DNA of 64,000 bases from Candidatus Hydrogenedentota bacterium. GTDB lineage: Bacteria; Hydrogenedentota; Hydrogenedentia; Hydrogenedentales; SLHB01. Position numbers and translations under genes: made by a program. The stretch is taken from contig JARKSN010000288.1 of NCBI GenBank assembly GCA_029974275.1, positions 32,001 to 96,000 of the forward strand, written 5' to 3'. The notes beneath the pieces were generated by a model. That model was not told the origin of the DNA. It worked only from the letters and a program-made list of their open reading frames with translations, and did no database searches. Numbering within the stretch: position 1 is the first letter of the stretch; each line of letters opens with the position of its first letter. Positions 48,925 to 58,450 of this stretch are shown here, piece by piece.

Positions 48925-50343
48925 ATGAAACGATATGCCGGTTACCTTACGGCGGGACTGGCGGTGTGCGACACGATGTGCGCGGCGGCGGGTTTCATGC
49001 TCGCCGTGCACCTCAGCCACCCTTCGAATTCTTTTCCGGCGTTTTTAGAGCAGTGCTGGACGCGCATCGGGTATTTGCTGGTGTTTGTCGCGTTCTGGTA
49101 CGGCGCGGCGGCGGATCAAGGCTTGTTCTTGTCGCATCGCGACGATCGGCTCCTGAAACAATTGCTCGCCGTGGTGAAGGCGGCGGCGGTATCGATCGTG
49201 TTCAGCTTGTTTGTGGTCGTTTTCTTTACGCGAAAAGGCCTCGATCGCGAGTTTCTTCTTTACTTCGGGACCAGCGTATTCGCGGCCATCTTGATCTTTC
49301 GGCTGGCGTTGCGCTTGTTTCTCTGGAACATCCGGCGCCGCGGATTCAACTTCCGGCAGGCGCTCGTGGTGGGGGCGAATCGGCGATCGCGGCGCCTGGT
49401 CGAGGTCTTCACGGTGTTTGGCCGGTACGGGTATCAGATCATCGGCATTGTGGACGATGACCCTGCGCGCATGGAGGTGTTCGGCGAAAAGCCGGTGAAG
49501 TATCTGGGCACGTGTGCGTCGCTCGAAACGTTTTTGGCGAACCATGTGGTGGACGAACTGTATATCACGCTGCCGGTCCGATCGTTTTATGAGGAGATTC
49601 GCAATATCGCCCACTTATGCGAAAGCGTCGGCATACCGGTCCGAATGGTCGCGGATTTGTTCCCGTTGCAGATCGCAACGAGCCGCGTGACGCGCATCGA
49701 GGACATTCCGTTGCTTTCGTTGGCGACGGGGCCCGAAGTGCACGGGCAGCTTTTGCTGAAACGCGTATTCGATTTTGCGGCATCGAGCGTTTTGCTCGCG
49801 TTGTTTGCCCCGCTGTTCTTTGTGGTGGGCATTCTGATCAAGGCGGAGTCGCCGGGACCGGTCTTTTTCAAGCAGGAGCGCGTGGGACTGAACCAGCGAC
49901 GCTTCAAGATATTCAAGTTCCGTTCGATGCGGGCGGACGCCGAAAAGCTGCGCAAGGAGCTGGAAGAACAAAACGAGGCCGACGGCCCTGTCTTCAAAAT
50001 CCGCAACGATCCGCGCGTCACGCGCATCGGACGCTTCATCCGCAAATACAGCATTGACGAACTGCCGCAGTTGATCAATGTGTGGCTGGGGCACATGAGC
50101 CTCGTTGGGCCGCGTCCGCCGATCCCTGCGGAGGTCGAGCAATACACGTGGGACCAGCGCCGGCGGTTGAGCGTGAAACCCGGCATGACCGGACTCTGGC
50201 AAGTCAGCGGGCGCAGCGACGTCAATTTTCAGGATTGGGTGGATATGGATCTCGCCTACATCGATTCCTGGACCTTTCTGCAAGACATCCGCATTCTCAT
50301 CAAAACCGTGCAGGTCGTGTTGCAGGGCAAAGGCGCCGCGTGA
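48925..50343 (+). CDS. Polyprenyl-phosphate hexose-1-phosphate transferase (WcaJ/WbaP-type priming glycosyltransferase)
   Basis: Four N-terminal TM helices, Rossmann-like middle region, KR.FD, KFRSM, DPRVT.IG.F.RK.SIDELPQL.NV..G.MSLVGPRP. Confidence 0.93.
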   Translation: MKRYAGYLTAGLAVCDTMCAAAGFMLAVHLSHPSNSFPAFLEQCWTRIGYLLVFVAFWYGAAADQGLFLSHRDDRLLKQLLAVVKAAAVSIVFSLFVVVFFTRKGLDREFLLYFGTSVFAAILIFRLALRLFLWNIRRRGFNFRQALVVGANRRSRRLVEVFTVFGRYGYQIIGIVDDDPARMEVFGEKPVKYLGTCASLETFLANHVVDELYITLPVRSFYEEIRNIAHLCESVGIPVRMVADLFPLQIATSRVTRIEDIPLLSLATGPEVHGQLLLKRVFDFAASSVLLALFAPLFFVVGILIKAESPGPVFFKQERVGLNQRRFKIFKFRSMRADAEKLRKELEEQNEADGPVFKIRNDPRVTRIGRFIRKYSIDELPQLINVWLGHMSLVGPRPPIPAEVEQYTWDQRRRLSVKPGMTGLWQVSGRSDVNFQDWVDMDLAYIDSWTFLQDIRILIKTVQVVLQGKGAA

Positions 50344-50397
50344 GAACCTGACGGATAGTCTTTTCACCGGACGGCGCATTCCAGTGGGAAACCCGCC

Positions 50398-51330
50398 ATG
50401 AACGACGCCTCCTTACAACGCCTGTGGGATCATCTCGAGACGGAGCGCGGCGTTTCCCCGCATACGCTTCGCGCGTACGCCGGCGATATTGCGCAATTTT
50501 GCGATTTCGTGATGAACGGCGCTGCGGCGTTTCGCCGGGAGCCGGAAGAGGAACGCCCCGCGCCCACAACCGAAGCCCTGCGCCGGGCGGACCGGCAAGC
50601 GCTTCGATCGTTTCTAGCCCACGTCCAGACGTCGGGAGCCGTCGCCCGAACCGCTGCACGCAAATTGGCCGCGTTGCGCACGGCATATGCCTTTTATGTT
50701 CGACTGGGGGAACTTTCCACGAATCCCGCCGCCGAAGTGAAGGCGCCGCGTTTGGGACGCGACCTGCCGCACGTTCTCAGCATTTCGGAAGTCACGGCCT
50801 TGGTCGAGGCTCCGGACGCATCCAATCCGGCGGGCGCGCGCGATCGAGCCCTTCTCGAGACGCTATACTCGAGCGGCATCCGCGCGGCGGAACTGGCCGG
50901 ACTTTGTTTGCGCGACGTGGACTTAATCGGAGGAACGATCCTGGTTCTGGGCAAGCGCAAAAAACAGCGCCTCGCGCACCTGGGATCGTATGCCGTGGAC
51001 GCCATGCGGCGGTATTGGGCCGTGCGCGGACAATTGGGCAATCCGGGCCATGAGCGCGTGTTCGTGAACCAACGCGGCGGCCCGCTCACCACGCGCAGCG
51101 TGCAGCGGATCGTCGAAAAATACGTGCGCGCGACGTTGCCGGGCCGTGCGGAGGTCTCGCCACATACGTTGCGCCACACGTTCGCGACGCACATGCTCGA
51201 CGCCGGCGCGGATTTGCGCGTGGTGCAGGAAATGCTAGGACATGAAAGCCTTTCCAGCACGCAACGGTACACGCACGTCAGCATCGAACGCCTGCGGGCG
51301 GCGTATCGCGCGCATCATCCCCACGCCTAG
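50398..51330 (+). CDS. xerC: Tyrosine recombinase XerC-like
   Basis: SPHTLRAY, RDRALLETLYSSGIRAAEL, GK..K.R, SPHTLRHTFATH.L..GADLR.VQE.LGH..LS.TQ.YTHV. Confidence 0.88.
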   Translation: MNDASLQRLWDHLETERGVSPHTLRAYAGDIAQFCDFVMNGAAAFRREPEEERPAPTTEALRRADRQALRSFLAHVQTSGAVARTAARKLAALRTAYAFYVRLGELSTNPAAEVKAPRLGRDLPHVLSISEVTALVEAPDASNPAGARDRALLETLYSSGIRAAELAGLCLRDVDLIGGTILVLGKRKKQRLAHLGSYAVDAMRRYWAVRGQLGNPGHERVFVNQRGGPLTTRSVQRIVEKYVRATLPGRAEVSPHTLRHTFATHMLDAGADLRVVQEMLGHESLSSTQRYTHVSIERLRAAYRAHHPHA

Positions 51331-51364
51331 CAAAGCCATGGGATCGGGGCGCGATCGGGCCGGG

Positions 51365-52018
51365 TCACCGTTCGCCATCTTGCCGCACAACGCGGACAAC
51401 TTCCTTGGGGCGGCGATACGTGGCAAACTGCGCCAGCGCCCCGGCGAAGGCCAGCACCGCCCACGAGGCCACGAGGGTCCAGTCTTGGCTGTCGGCGCGA
51501 GGGTGCAGGGCCGCTTCGGCCACGTCGGCGCCGAGAAAGAAAAAGCCGATGCCGCCAATGACCATGCAGGCGCCGATAGCGGCGGTGGCAAGCGTTACGA
51601 TAGGCCGCTCGATCACAATGGCGACCAGCCCGCCCGCGATCCCCGATCCCACAATCGCCCACGGAACCCAGGACTCGGGATGATCCGTCAACGCGATATG
51701 CGCCACCAACGCCGCGCCAAGCAATCCCACGCAAAACACGCCTGTCTTATAGAGAAAAAGCATGGCAAACGCGCCCGCAACGCCGCCAATGGCGGCGGCG
51801 ATGCCCGCGCCCGCGAGATTGCCGTGGCTCAGCCATGCCCCAAGCGCGCCCGCGACAGGGGCCGCCAAACAAAAACCCGTGAACACGATGATGAATCGCA
51901 GGGCGCGATAGCCAAGAAAACAATACAGCGTGCCGATGGCGATGAGAATGGCCACGCCCGCATTGGCGGTGGACGCGTTCCAAACGTCGAGCGAAGCTGG
52001 CTGGGGCAAAGCGCTCAT
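51365..52018 (-). CDS. Multi-pass membrane protein (DUF4203-like)
   Basis: G..YCFLGYR..R.....GF pattern; about seven Gly/Ala-rich TM segments. Confidence 0.7.
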   Translation of the reverse strand: MSALPQPASLDVWNASTANAGVAILIAIGTLYCFLGYRALRFIIVFTGFCLAAPVAGALGAWLSHGNLAGAGIAAAIGGVAGAFAMLFLYKTGVFCVGLLGAALVAHIALTDHPESWVPWAIVGSGIAGGLVAIVIERPIVTLATAAIGACMVIGGIGFFFLGADVAEAALHPRADSQDWTLVASWAVLAFAGALAQFATYRRPKEVVRVVRQDGER

Positions 52019-52019
52019 G

Positions 52020-53180
52020 TCACGGGGGGGTTATCACGCCCAGCACGACGCGATGCCGCGCGCCCGTCGCCTGAGGCACATTGGCGGGCGTTCCGCAAAG
52101 GGTCTCGTTGCCGAGAATGGCGATATCCGCCGCGACGCGGGCCGCGTGCGGAATGCCGTAATCGTCGCTGGTGCGCACGACGACATCGCCGAATCCGCGT
52201 TTGAGGTGACGCATCAACGTTTTGTTCATGGCCCCGCCCCCGCCGACAATGATGCGGGCGATGTCGTATTGCGGCTTCAAAAAACGGCTGTAGGCGCGGA
52301 TGATGTTGATGGCAATGGATTCCGTGACCGTCGCCACGATATCTTCGTTGGGATATTCGCGCCGACCCGCAATCGCGTCGCGCAGATAAATCTCCGGCGC
52401 GAATTCTTCGCGGCTTGTGCTTTTGGGGGGAACGCGCCCGAAAAAGGGATGATCGAGCAGGTAGTCGATGAACTCCCCGATGATCTCGCCTTTTGCCGCG
52501 AGCGATCCGTCCGCGTCCATCTCTTGCTCGCCAGCCGTGAGCAACCGCATGGCCCCGTCGATGGCGATGTTGCAGGGGCCAACGTCAAACGCGAGGATTT
52601 CCTTGAATTCCGGCGTCACCACGGTGTAACTCGCGATGCCGCCCAAGGTCAAACATGCCACCGTGCGGTCTTCGCGCGAAAAGAGAAGCCAATCGGCGTA
52701 AGTGCCCAGCGGCCATCCTTGACCGCCCGCCGCCATGTCGCGCATCCGAAACTGAGAAACGACCGGCACATGCGCCCGCTCGGCAATCACCGCGGGTTGA
52801 CCGATCTGCAAGGCGCCGCAAGGATTCGCGTCGCGCGGCGGGATATGCGCCACCGCATGGCCATGCGAAGCGACGAAATCGACCCCCCCAATGCCTTCGT
52901 CCTTGGCGGCCTGCATCATGTCGAGCGCGGCCTCGGCCAGACGTTCGCCCAATTCAAAATCCAGCAAGGCCAATTCATGGGCGTCGAGACGCGGGGCCTG
53001 CAATCGCAGGCGAAATGCGGGCGTATAAGGAAACGTTTTGTGCCGGATGAGTTTGAACAAGAGCCCGGAGCTTGTCCCCTTGATGCGGGCGAGCACGGCA
53101 TCAATGCCCTCGCAGGAAGCCCCCGACATCAAGCCGATTCCAAAGCGCACCGGCTTGTGACGCAGTTCTGTCCAGTCCAT
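52020..53180 (-). CDS. anmK: Anhydro-N-acetylmuramic acid kinase-like protein (divergent motifs)
   Basis: IGLMSG.S..GID, ASHG, FR.RDMAAGGQG.PL, GGIA, FD.GP.N..ID, PPKST.RE.F, GGGA.N, TGA. Confidence 0.8.
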   Translation of the reverse strand: MDWTELRHKPVRFGIGLMSGASCEGIDAVLARIKGTSSGLLFKLIRHKTFPYTPAFRLRLQAPRLDAHELALLDFELGERLAEAALDMMQAAKDEGIGGVDFVASHGHAVAHIPPRDANPCGALQIGQPAVIAERAHVPVVSQFRMRDMAAGGQGWPLGTYADWLLFSREDRTVACLTLGGIASYTVVTPEFKEILAFDVGPCNIAIDGAMRLLTAGEQEMDADGSLAAKGEIIGEFIDYLLDHPFFGRVPPKSTSREEFAPEIYLRDAIAGRREYPNEDIVATVTESIAINIIRAYSRFLKPQYDIARIIVGGGGAMNKTLMRHLKRGFGDVVVRTSDDYGIPHAARVAADIAILGNETLCGTPANVPQATGARHRVVLGVITPP

Positions 53181-53181
53181 G

Positions 53182-54807
53182 TCAGCGGATCCTTTCCACC
53201 GTCGAACCCGAAAAATAATGGGCCACAATCTCCCGATACAACGCGCCTTCCAGGGCGCGGGCGCGCGCGCCGCACTGGCTCAGGCCCACGCCGTGGCCGC
53301 GACCGCCCCCCGTAAACACGAAGGCGATCGCCCCCCCCGGGCCCTGAACCGGCTCCGCCATAAACATTGCACTCGGAAGTCCTCCAAATGCAAGCCGTAT
53401 GGCCGGGTCGCGGTCGATAACGGCCGACCCTCGCGTTCCCACCACCGTCACGGAACGCAATCGCCCGCCAGGTCCGCGATCGCCCAATACGATTTGCTTG
53501 ATTCGACCCACGGGATATTTTTTGTTCACGGATTCGGAAAGTTCGAGAACCCCAATGCGGCGCGTCCAGCGAAAATCGGGCGCGTCCGTCGCCAAGGCCG
53601 GGGTCGTCGACCGCAGCCAGCGTTCGATGCCCATCTCCGTCGGGGTCTGCGCAGGAGCCTTTCCAGGCGAGAAATCGGGCCTCGCCCGCAGCGCCGGATC
53701 GGGCGGCGCGGACCAGACAACCTCGTTGTTCTCGGTCCACCCGCCAGAATTGGCATGGAACACCGCCGGGACGAGACGTCCGCTCTGGACAATGACCTCG
53801 TTTGCCGTGGCGAAAACCGCCGCATCCGTCGCCGCGTGGCGCGCCGCAATCCCCTTATACGCGCGGCAGTGTTCGTCGGCACAGTAGTCGAATCCTTCAA
53901 GACAGTGTTTCATGCCGATGTTCGCAAGGATTTCGCTGCGCGCCGCCACCGTCTGCGCCTTGAGCGCTTCGGCGGGCCATCCCGCGGGCATCTCCGACGG
54001 CACCACGCCGCGCAGGTATTCATCGACCTGCGGCGTCTCGATAACATCCATTTGCCCGGAACCGTTCACGGCAAGTTCGAGGTTTCCGCCGCACGTGCGC
54101 ATCATGCCGGACACGCCCGTCACCCGCACCGGGCCCGCGCTTTCGATCGTGAGCGGCGCGAAGACCATCGGCGGCGCGCCGGCGCCTTGGAGGAGCAGCT
54201 TGCCCGTTCCCGGCGCGATGGTTTGCAGGCGAATCCAACCCCAGACGCCTTGCGGTTCGAGACGTTTCTTGAGCGATTCCGCCTCGGTCTCCGTGTCAAG
54301 CCGCGCCAAGGATATCCAGATGATCCGAGCGTCGTAGGGCTTTCCGCCGGCGCCTTCGAAACAAAGGCCCAGCGTTTCGGGCTCCGGATCGTAGCCAGCG
54401 GCGCGCCATTGCTCGACATAGGCATCCTGCGCCTCGCGATCGGAAGGCTTGAACGATTTGGTGAAAAGACGATAGGCGCGCTTGGCGGGGATCGCCTGCG
54501 TGAGACACACCGCGTATTCGCCCGCCGGCGCGGCATGACGCCCGCGAGCATCGACGAAGGTCAAGGGCTGCGCTGCGGCAACGCGCACTTCCTGCATCCC
54601 GGTCATCACCCGCACCCGCACCCGCAGCGCCTCCAGCGATGTCGCCGTTTCCGGTTTGGCGGACGGGGCGACCGCGGGCGCTTCGGCGGCGGGAGAAGGT
54701 TTCGACGTGCGTACGGCGACGGGGCGGCGTGCGGGAAAGAGACACCCCGAAAAACCCATGAACAACAACACGGCTACTGCCGCGACGCGCGTCGCGCTGC
54801 GTCCCAT
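53182..54807 (-). CDS. SpoIID/LytB-domain lipoprotein (lytic transglycosylase-like)
   Basis: FSGC lipobox; YLRGVVPSEMP..WP.EALKAQ.VAARS; G.GHGVGLSQ.GA...A..G..Y.EI..HYF. Confidence 0.9.
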   Translation of the reverse strand: MGRSATRVAAVAVLLFMGFSGCLFPARRPVAVRTSKPSPAAEAPAVAPSAKPETATSLEALRVRVRVMTGMQEVRVAAAQPLTFVDARGRHAAPAGEYAVCLTQAIPAKRAYRLFTKSFKPSDREAQDAYVEQWRAAGYDPEPETLGLCFEGAGGKPYDARIIWISLARLDTETEAESLKKRLEPQGVWGWIRLQTIAPGTGKLLLQGAGAPPMVFAPLTIESAGPVRVTGVSGMMRTCGGNLELAVNGSGQMDVIETPQVDEYLRGVVPSEMPAGWPAEALKAQTVAARSEILANIGMKHCLEGFDYCADEHCRAYKGIAARHAATDAAVFATANEVIVQSGRLVPAVFHANSGGWTENNEVVWSAPPDPALRARPDFSPGKAPAQTPTEMGIERWLRSTTPALATDAPDFRWTRRIGVLELSESVNKKYPVGRIKQIVLGDRGPGGRLRSVTVVGTRGSAVIDRDPAIRLAFGGLPSAMFMAEPVQGPGGAIAFVFTGGGRGHGVGLSQCGARARALEGALYREIVAHYFSGSTVERIR

Positions 54808-54994
54808 TATTGTTCTCCGCACCGGCTCGCCTCTCTTCCTGACAACGCAAAATCCATCCCGCTGTTATTGTACCTCGGAATAGGCAACGCGTTCCTTCGT
54901 CCCCGCTTGGGCGCCGAACCTCATGTCAAAACCGTCATCACGAAAAGCCCATGCCCCATGCGGCTACTCAGGCCGCACGCGCCACGGATTGCGT

Positions 54995-56050
54995 TCACGG
55001 AGCCGCCAATCTCTCGAACGCGGGCGATGCCTTTGCGACAAATCCGCCCGGAGCCGCATCGTCGTGGATGAGAAACAGCGCGGCGATGTCATTTTGGACA
55101 GCGAAGTCGTACGCGCGCTCCGGGCCCATCACCATGAAGGCGGTCGCGTAGCCATCGGTGAAGGCGCATTCCTGGGCGACGACGCTTGCCGAAGCGAGGC
55201 GGTGCGAGATGGGCCGGCCTGTCTTGGGATCGATTTCGTGGGAGAGGCGGACGCCGTTTTCCTCGTAATAATTCCGGTAATCGCCCGACGTGGAAATGGA
55301 TAGGCCGCTGAGGGAAAGAACCGTCTGGATCGCGCGCCCTTCCGCGATGGGCTTTTCAATGGCGATCTTCCAGGGCGCGTCGTCCGCGTTGAATCCGCGC
55401 GTGCGCACTTCGCCGCCCACATCGACCATGTAGCGGGCAAAGCCCTGCGCCTCGAGAAGCAGGGACACTTTGTCCACGCTATACCCTATGGCGATGGCCG
55501 ATAGATCGCACTGAATGTCGGGCCGCGCTTTGCGGACAGTCTTCGCGGCAGGATCGAGGGTCAGCATGGCATAACCGACGCGTTCGCGCAGCGGATCGAG
55601 GTCGGCGTCGGTCAGGACGCGGGTCGGCCGTTTTTGCGGCCCAAAGCCCCACGCGTTGACCAGCGGCCCCACCGTGATATCGAGCGCGCCATCGGTCGCC
55701 TTGCTGATGCGCTGCGCGAACTGAATCAGGAAAAAGACGTCGTCCGAGAAAACGAAGGGCTCCGTGCTTTGCAGCCGGTTGAACGCCGACAATTCCGAAT
55801 CCTGCCGGTAGGTGGACATTTTTGCGTCGATGTCCCGCAAAACCGCGTCCGCGGCGGCAAAGGCGTCGCGGACAACGCGTTTTTCCGCAGGGGGCGCGAC
55901 GATCTTGATCGTGTATTTCGTGCCCATGGTCTGGCCGGAAACCGCATACAGATCGGGACGAAACCAACAGCCCTTCGCCGCCGCAACGGCCGCCGCCATT
56001 ACGATCGCCGCCATGGCCAAACCGGCCGCGCGCTTATGGAGCATGTTCAT
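54995..56050 (-). CDS. apbE: FAD:protein FMN transferase
   Basis: G.TMGT.Y.I, MSTY..DSE, GALDITVGPLV..WGFG, DL.AIA.GY.VD, GGE, STSGDY, H.IDP.TG. Confidence 0.93.
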   Translation of the reverse strand: MNMLHKRAAGLAMAAIVMAAAVAAAKGCWFRPDLYAVSGQTMGTKYTIKIVAPPAEKRVVRDAFAAADAVLRDIDAKMSTYRQDSELSAFNRLQSTEPFVFSDDVFFLIQFAQRISKATDGALDITVGPLVNAWGFGPQKRPTRVLTDADLDPLRERVGYAMLTLDPAAKTVRKARPDIQCDLSAIAIGYSVDKVSLLLEAQGFARYMVDVGGEVRTRGFNADDAPWKIAIEKPIAEGRAIQTVLSLSGLSISTSGDYRNYYEENGVRLSHEIDPKTGRPISHRLASASVVAQECAFTDGYATAFMVMGPERAYDFAVQNDIAALFLIHDDAAPGGFVAKASPAFERLAAP

Positions 56051-56079
56051 GAGGATCCCTCTCGCCCTTCGATCGCCCC

Positions 56080-57570
56080 CTACGCGAGCGCGATAGTCAG
56101 CGTCGTCAAGGAACACGGAGGAAGGACGCACGTGAATCCGCCGCCGCTCGCTTCGACCTTCACGCGTTTAGGCGTCACGGTTTTAGGCGCGGCAATGGTG
56201 TTTGCATCGCGCGGAGAAGCGGAAGTCAGAACGCGACCGCTAACGGCGGCAATGCCCGCCCCGCGCAGATCGATCGGGGTTTCGATGGGTTGATCGACGC
56301 TGGGGTTGACCACGGAGAGAAAAACCTTTTTCCCGGCAATGCTGGCGCTGGCGTTCAGCAGCGGCACGGCCTGCTTGGCATGCAATCCGACGGGATGCGC
56401 CTCGAACGTCGGCGTCTCCACCTCGCTTGTCAACAGACGCGCTCCCATATGCGGGCGCATCATGTCGTAGACGTGGTAGGTGGGGGTCAAGGCCATGCGA
56501 TCCTCTTCGGTGATGGCCAAACACTGCAAGACGTTGATGGTCTGCGCGATGTTGGCCATGACAATGCGGCGGGCATGACGATGGAACAGGTTCAAGCACG
56601 ACGCCGCGAACAAAGCGTCCCGCAGGGTGTTGGGCTGTTCCAGGCCGTTGTCGACGGTCGCCTCCGGATGCCACACGCCCCATTCGTCAATGATAAGCCC
56701 CACGCGCTTGTGCGGATAAAAATACCCCAACACGTGATCGGCGCGCTCTATCTCGCGCTCGAACGTCACCAGATCGCCAAACAAGGCGTAATGCTCGGCA
56801 TCGTGAAACTCGGCGCCCTTGCCGCGCGCAAAATACGCGTGCATCGCCAAATGATCAATCAGGTGGGCGTGCGGCATGGCCGCGCAAAAATCATGGTTCC
56901 ATCGCATCAAAATCGGGTTGGCAAGATCCATCCCCGCCCCGGAAGCCACCAACTCGATGACGGGATCGACGGCGCGCAAATAAACGCTGAAACGAGCGAA
57001 TTCCTGCGCGTACTGTTCCGGCGAAAACCCGCCGCCGCAACCCCAGTTTTCGTTGCCCACGCCCCAATGCCGCACCCCGTAAGGCGCAGGATGGCCGTTG
57101 GCGGCCCGCAACGCCGTCAGCGTCGTGTCGCCCCCGAAATTGCAATACTCGAGCCATGCGCGCGCCTCCTGGGGCGTGCCCGAACCGACATTCGCGCAAA
57201 GATACGGATCGCATCCAACGGCCCGGCAGAACCGCAGGAATTCATCGGTGCCGAATTCGTTGGGCTCGGTCTGCTGCCACCAAATGTTCATGGTCTTGGG
57301 ACGCGTGTCGCGAGGACCGACGCCGTCGCGCCAATGGTAATCGTCGGCAAAACAGCCCCCCGGCCATCGCACGACCGGGGCCCGAAGCTGCTTCAAGGCC
57401 GCCAACACGTCGAGTCGAAGCCCGTTCTCGTTGGGAATGCGCGAGGCGGGACCAACCCATATGCCTTCGTAGATGCAGCGGCCTAGGTGCTCCGCGAAAT
57501 GGCCGTACAGATTTGCGGCGATGGTCGCCTGGGGCAAATCGACCCAAACGCGGATGGAAGCGCGGCTCAT
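56080..57570 (-). CDS. Alpha-L-arabinofuranosidase, GH51
   Basis: YGHFAEHLGRCIYEG, RWPGGCFAD.YHW.DG.G, FGTDEF, GVGNENWGCGG, DEWG.W, MANIAQTINVLQ. Confidence 0.95.
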   Translation of the reverse strand: MSRASIRVWVDLPQATIAANLYGHFAEHLGRCIYEGIWVGPASRIPNENGLRLDVLAALKQLRAPVVRWPGGCFADDYHWRDGVGPRDTRPKTMNIWWQQTEPNEFGTDEFLRFCRAVGCDPYLCANVGSGTPQEARAWLEYCNFGGDTTLTALRAANGHPAPYGVRHWGVGNENWGCGGGFSPEQYAQEFARFSVYLRAVDPVIELVASGAGMDLANPILMRWNHDFCAAMPHAHLIDHLAMHAYFARGKGAEFHDAEHYALFGDLVTFEREIERADHVLGYFYPHKRVGLIIDEWGVWHPEATVDNGLEQPNTLRDALFAASCLNLFHRHARRIVMANIAQTINVLQCLAITEEDRMALTPTYHVYDMMRPHMGARLLTSEVETPTFEAHPVGLHAKQAVPLLNASASIAGKKVFLSVVNPSVDQPIETPIDLRGAGIAAVSGRVLTSASPRDANTIAAPKTVTPKRVKVEASGGGFTCVLPPCSLTTLTIALA

Positions 57571-58268
57571 GGCGTATGGGTTTCCTGCGGCGCGTCGTAT
57601 TGACTCAGGTACGAATACACGTTGTCCCCGATGAACGAACAGAGGCTCCGGATGTTGGCGCAAGCCGCCTCGGGAGCGTCGCAAGAGAACGGATCCTGTC
57701 CGTATACCCCTTTCACCTCGACATACACCTCTTGCAGACTTTCGCGGTAGGACTCGATCACGACCGTAAGCGTTCCCTTGTGCTCCGGCGTTTCCGGCAA
57801 AACGAAACGCAGACCGCCTATCGAGACGGGACGCCCGAAATGCGGCGAAATGCGGCCTGCCTGATTGCAGGCGTGGTCCATCAGAAAGACGCGCGCGTCG
57901 GGATAATGCGTCAGGGCGAACGTCGTGCGAATCGTGGCCGTATGCGCGATGAAGCCCTGCACGCCCGCGGCTCCGGGCAGGCGCAGCGTGATCGTCCGAA
58001 TTTTCTCCAAAAAATCGGAGAGCGCGATGTCGACCCATTCCTCGATAAGGACGACGCGATCCGGCAAGAACAACGCAATCGACTGCGTCCGCGCGCCGCG
58101 TTTGCTATAAAACCGGGGCGGGCCCGGCTGGCTGAAATCCGTGCTTTCGTACGCGGCCTTCGTTTGCGACAGATCAAAATACAGCCGCTGCAGCGCCGGC
58201 ACCGAATACGCATGCGGCACGTGGATCAGTTCCGTTGAAAAATGAATCGGTCTGTCTTCGCGTTGCAT
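57567..58268 (-). CDS. Conserved-looking hypothetical cytoplasmic protein
   Basis: 233-aa ORF with coding-like composition, GAGGG RBS, its own promoter and an ATGA overlap with the GH51 gene; no family motif recognised. Confidence 0.75.
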   Translation of the reverse strand: MQREDRPIHFSTELIHVPHAYSVPALQRLYFDLSQTKAAYESTDFSQPGPPRFYSKRGARTQSIALFLPDRVVLIEEWVDIALSDFLEKIRTITLRLPGAAGVQGFIAHTATIRTTFALTHYPDARVFLMDHACNQAGRISPHFGRPVSIGGLRFVLPETPEHKGTLTVVIESYRESLQEVYVEVKGVYGQDPFSCDAPEAACANIRSLCSFIGDNVYSYLSQYDAPQETHTP

Positions 58269-58295
58269 GAATCGCCCATCCCTCAAGAAAGACGT

Positions 58296-58324
58296 AGTAT
58301 AGAAACTAGCGTTCCGCATGTAAA
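58296..58324 (-). promoter_or_regulatory. Sigma70-type promoter
   Basis: Minus strand TTTACA-17nt-TATACT about 28 bp upstream of ATG 58268. Confidence 0.65.
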
Positions 58325-58450
58325 GCGGCCCATCCCCGCCGGCATAACGCGCCTTCGATCGAGGCCTCAGGCTTGGAAGTCGTGCGCCATTTGGAGTACA
58401 TTTCCGGATGCGTCGCGAAGACCCGTCGGCCGCCCAAAAAAGGAAACAAC

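Noticed and set aside
50398..51330. Tyrosine recombinase as a marker of a mobile element or integron
   Set aside because: Looks like housekeeping XerC; no integron-integrase insert, attC array, att repeats or dif site seen
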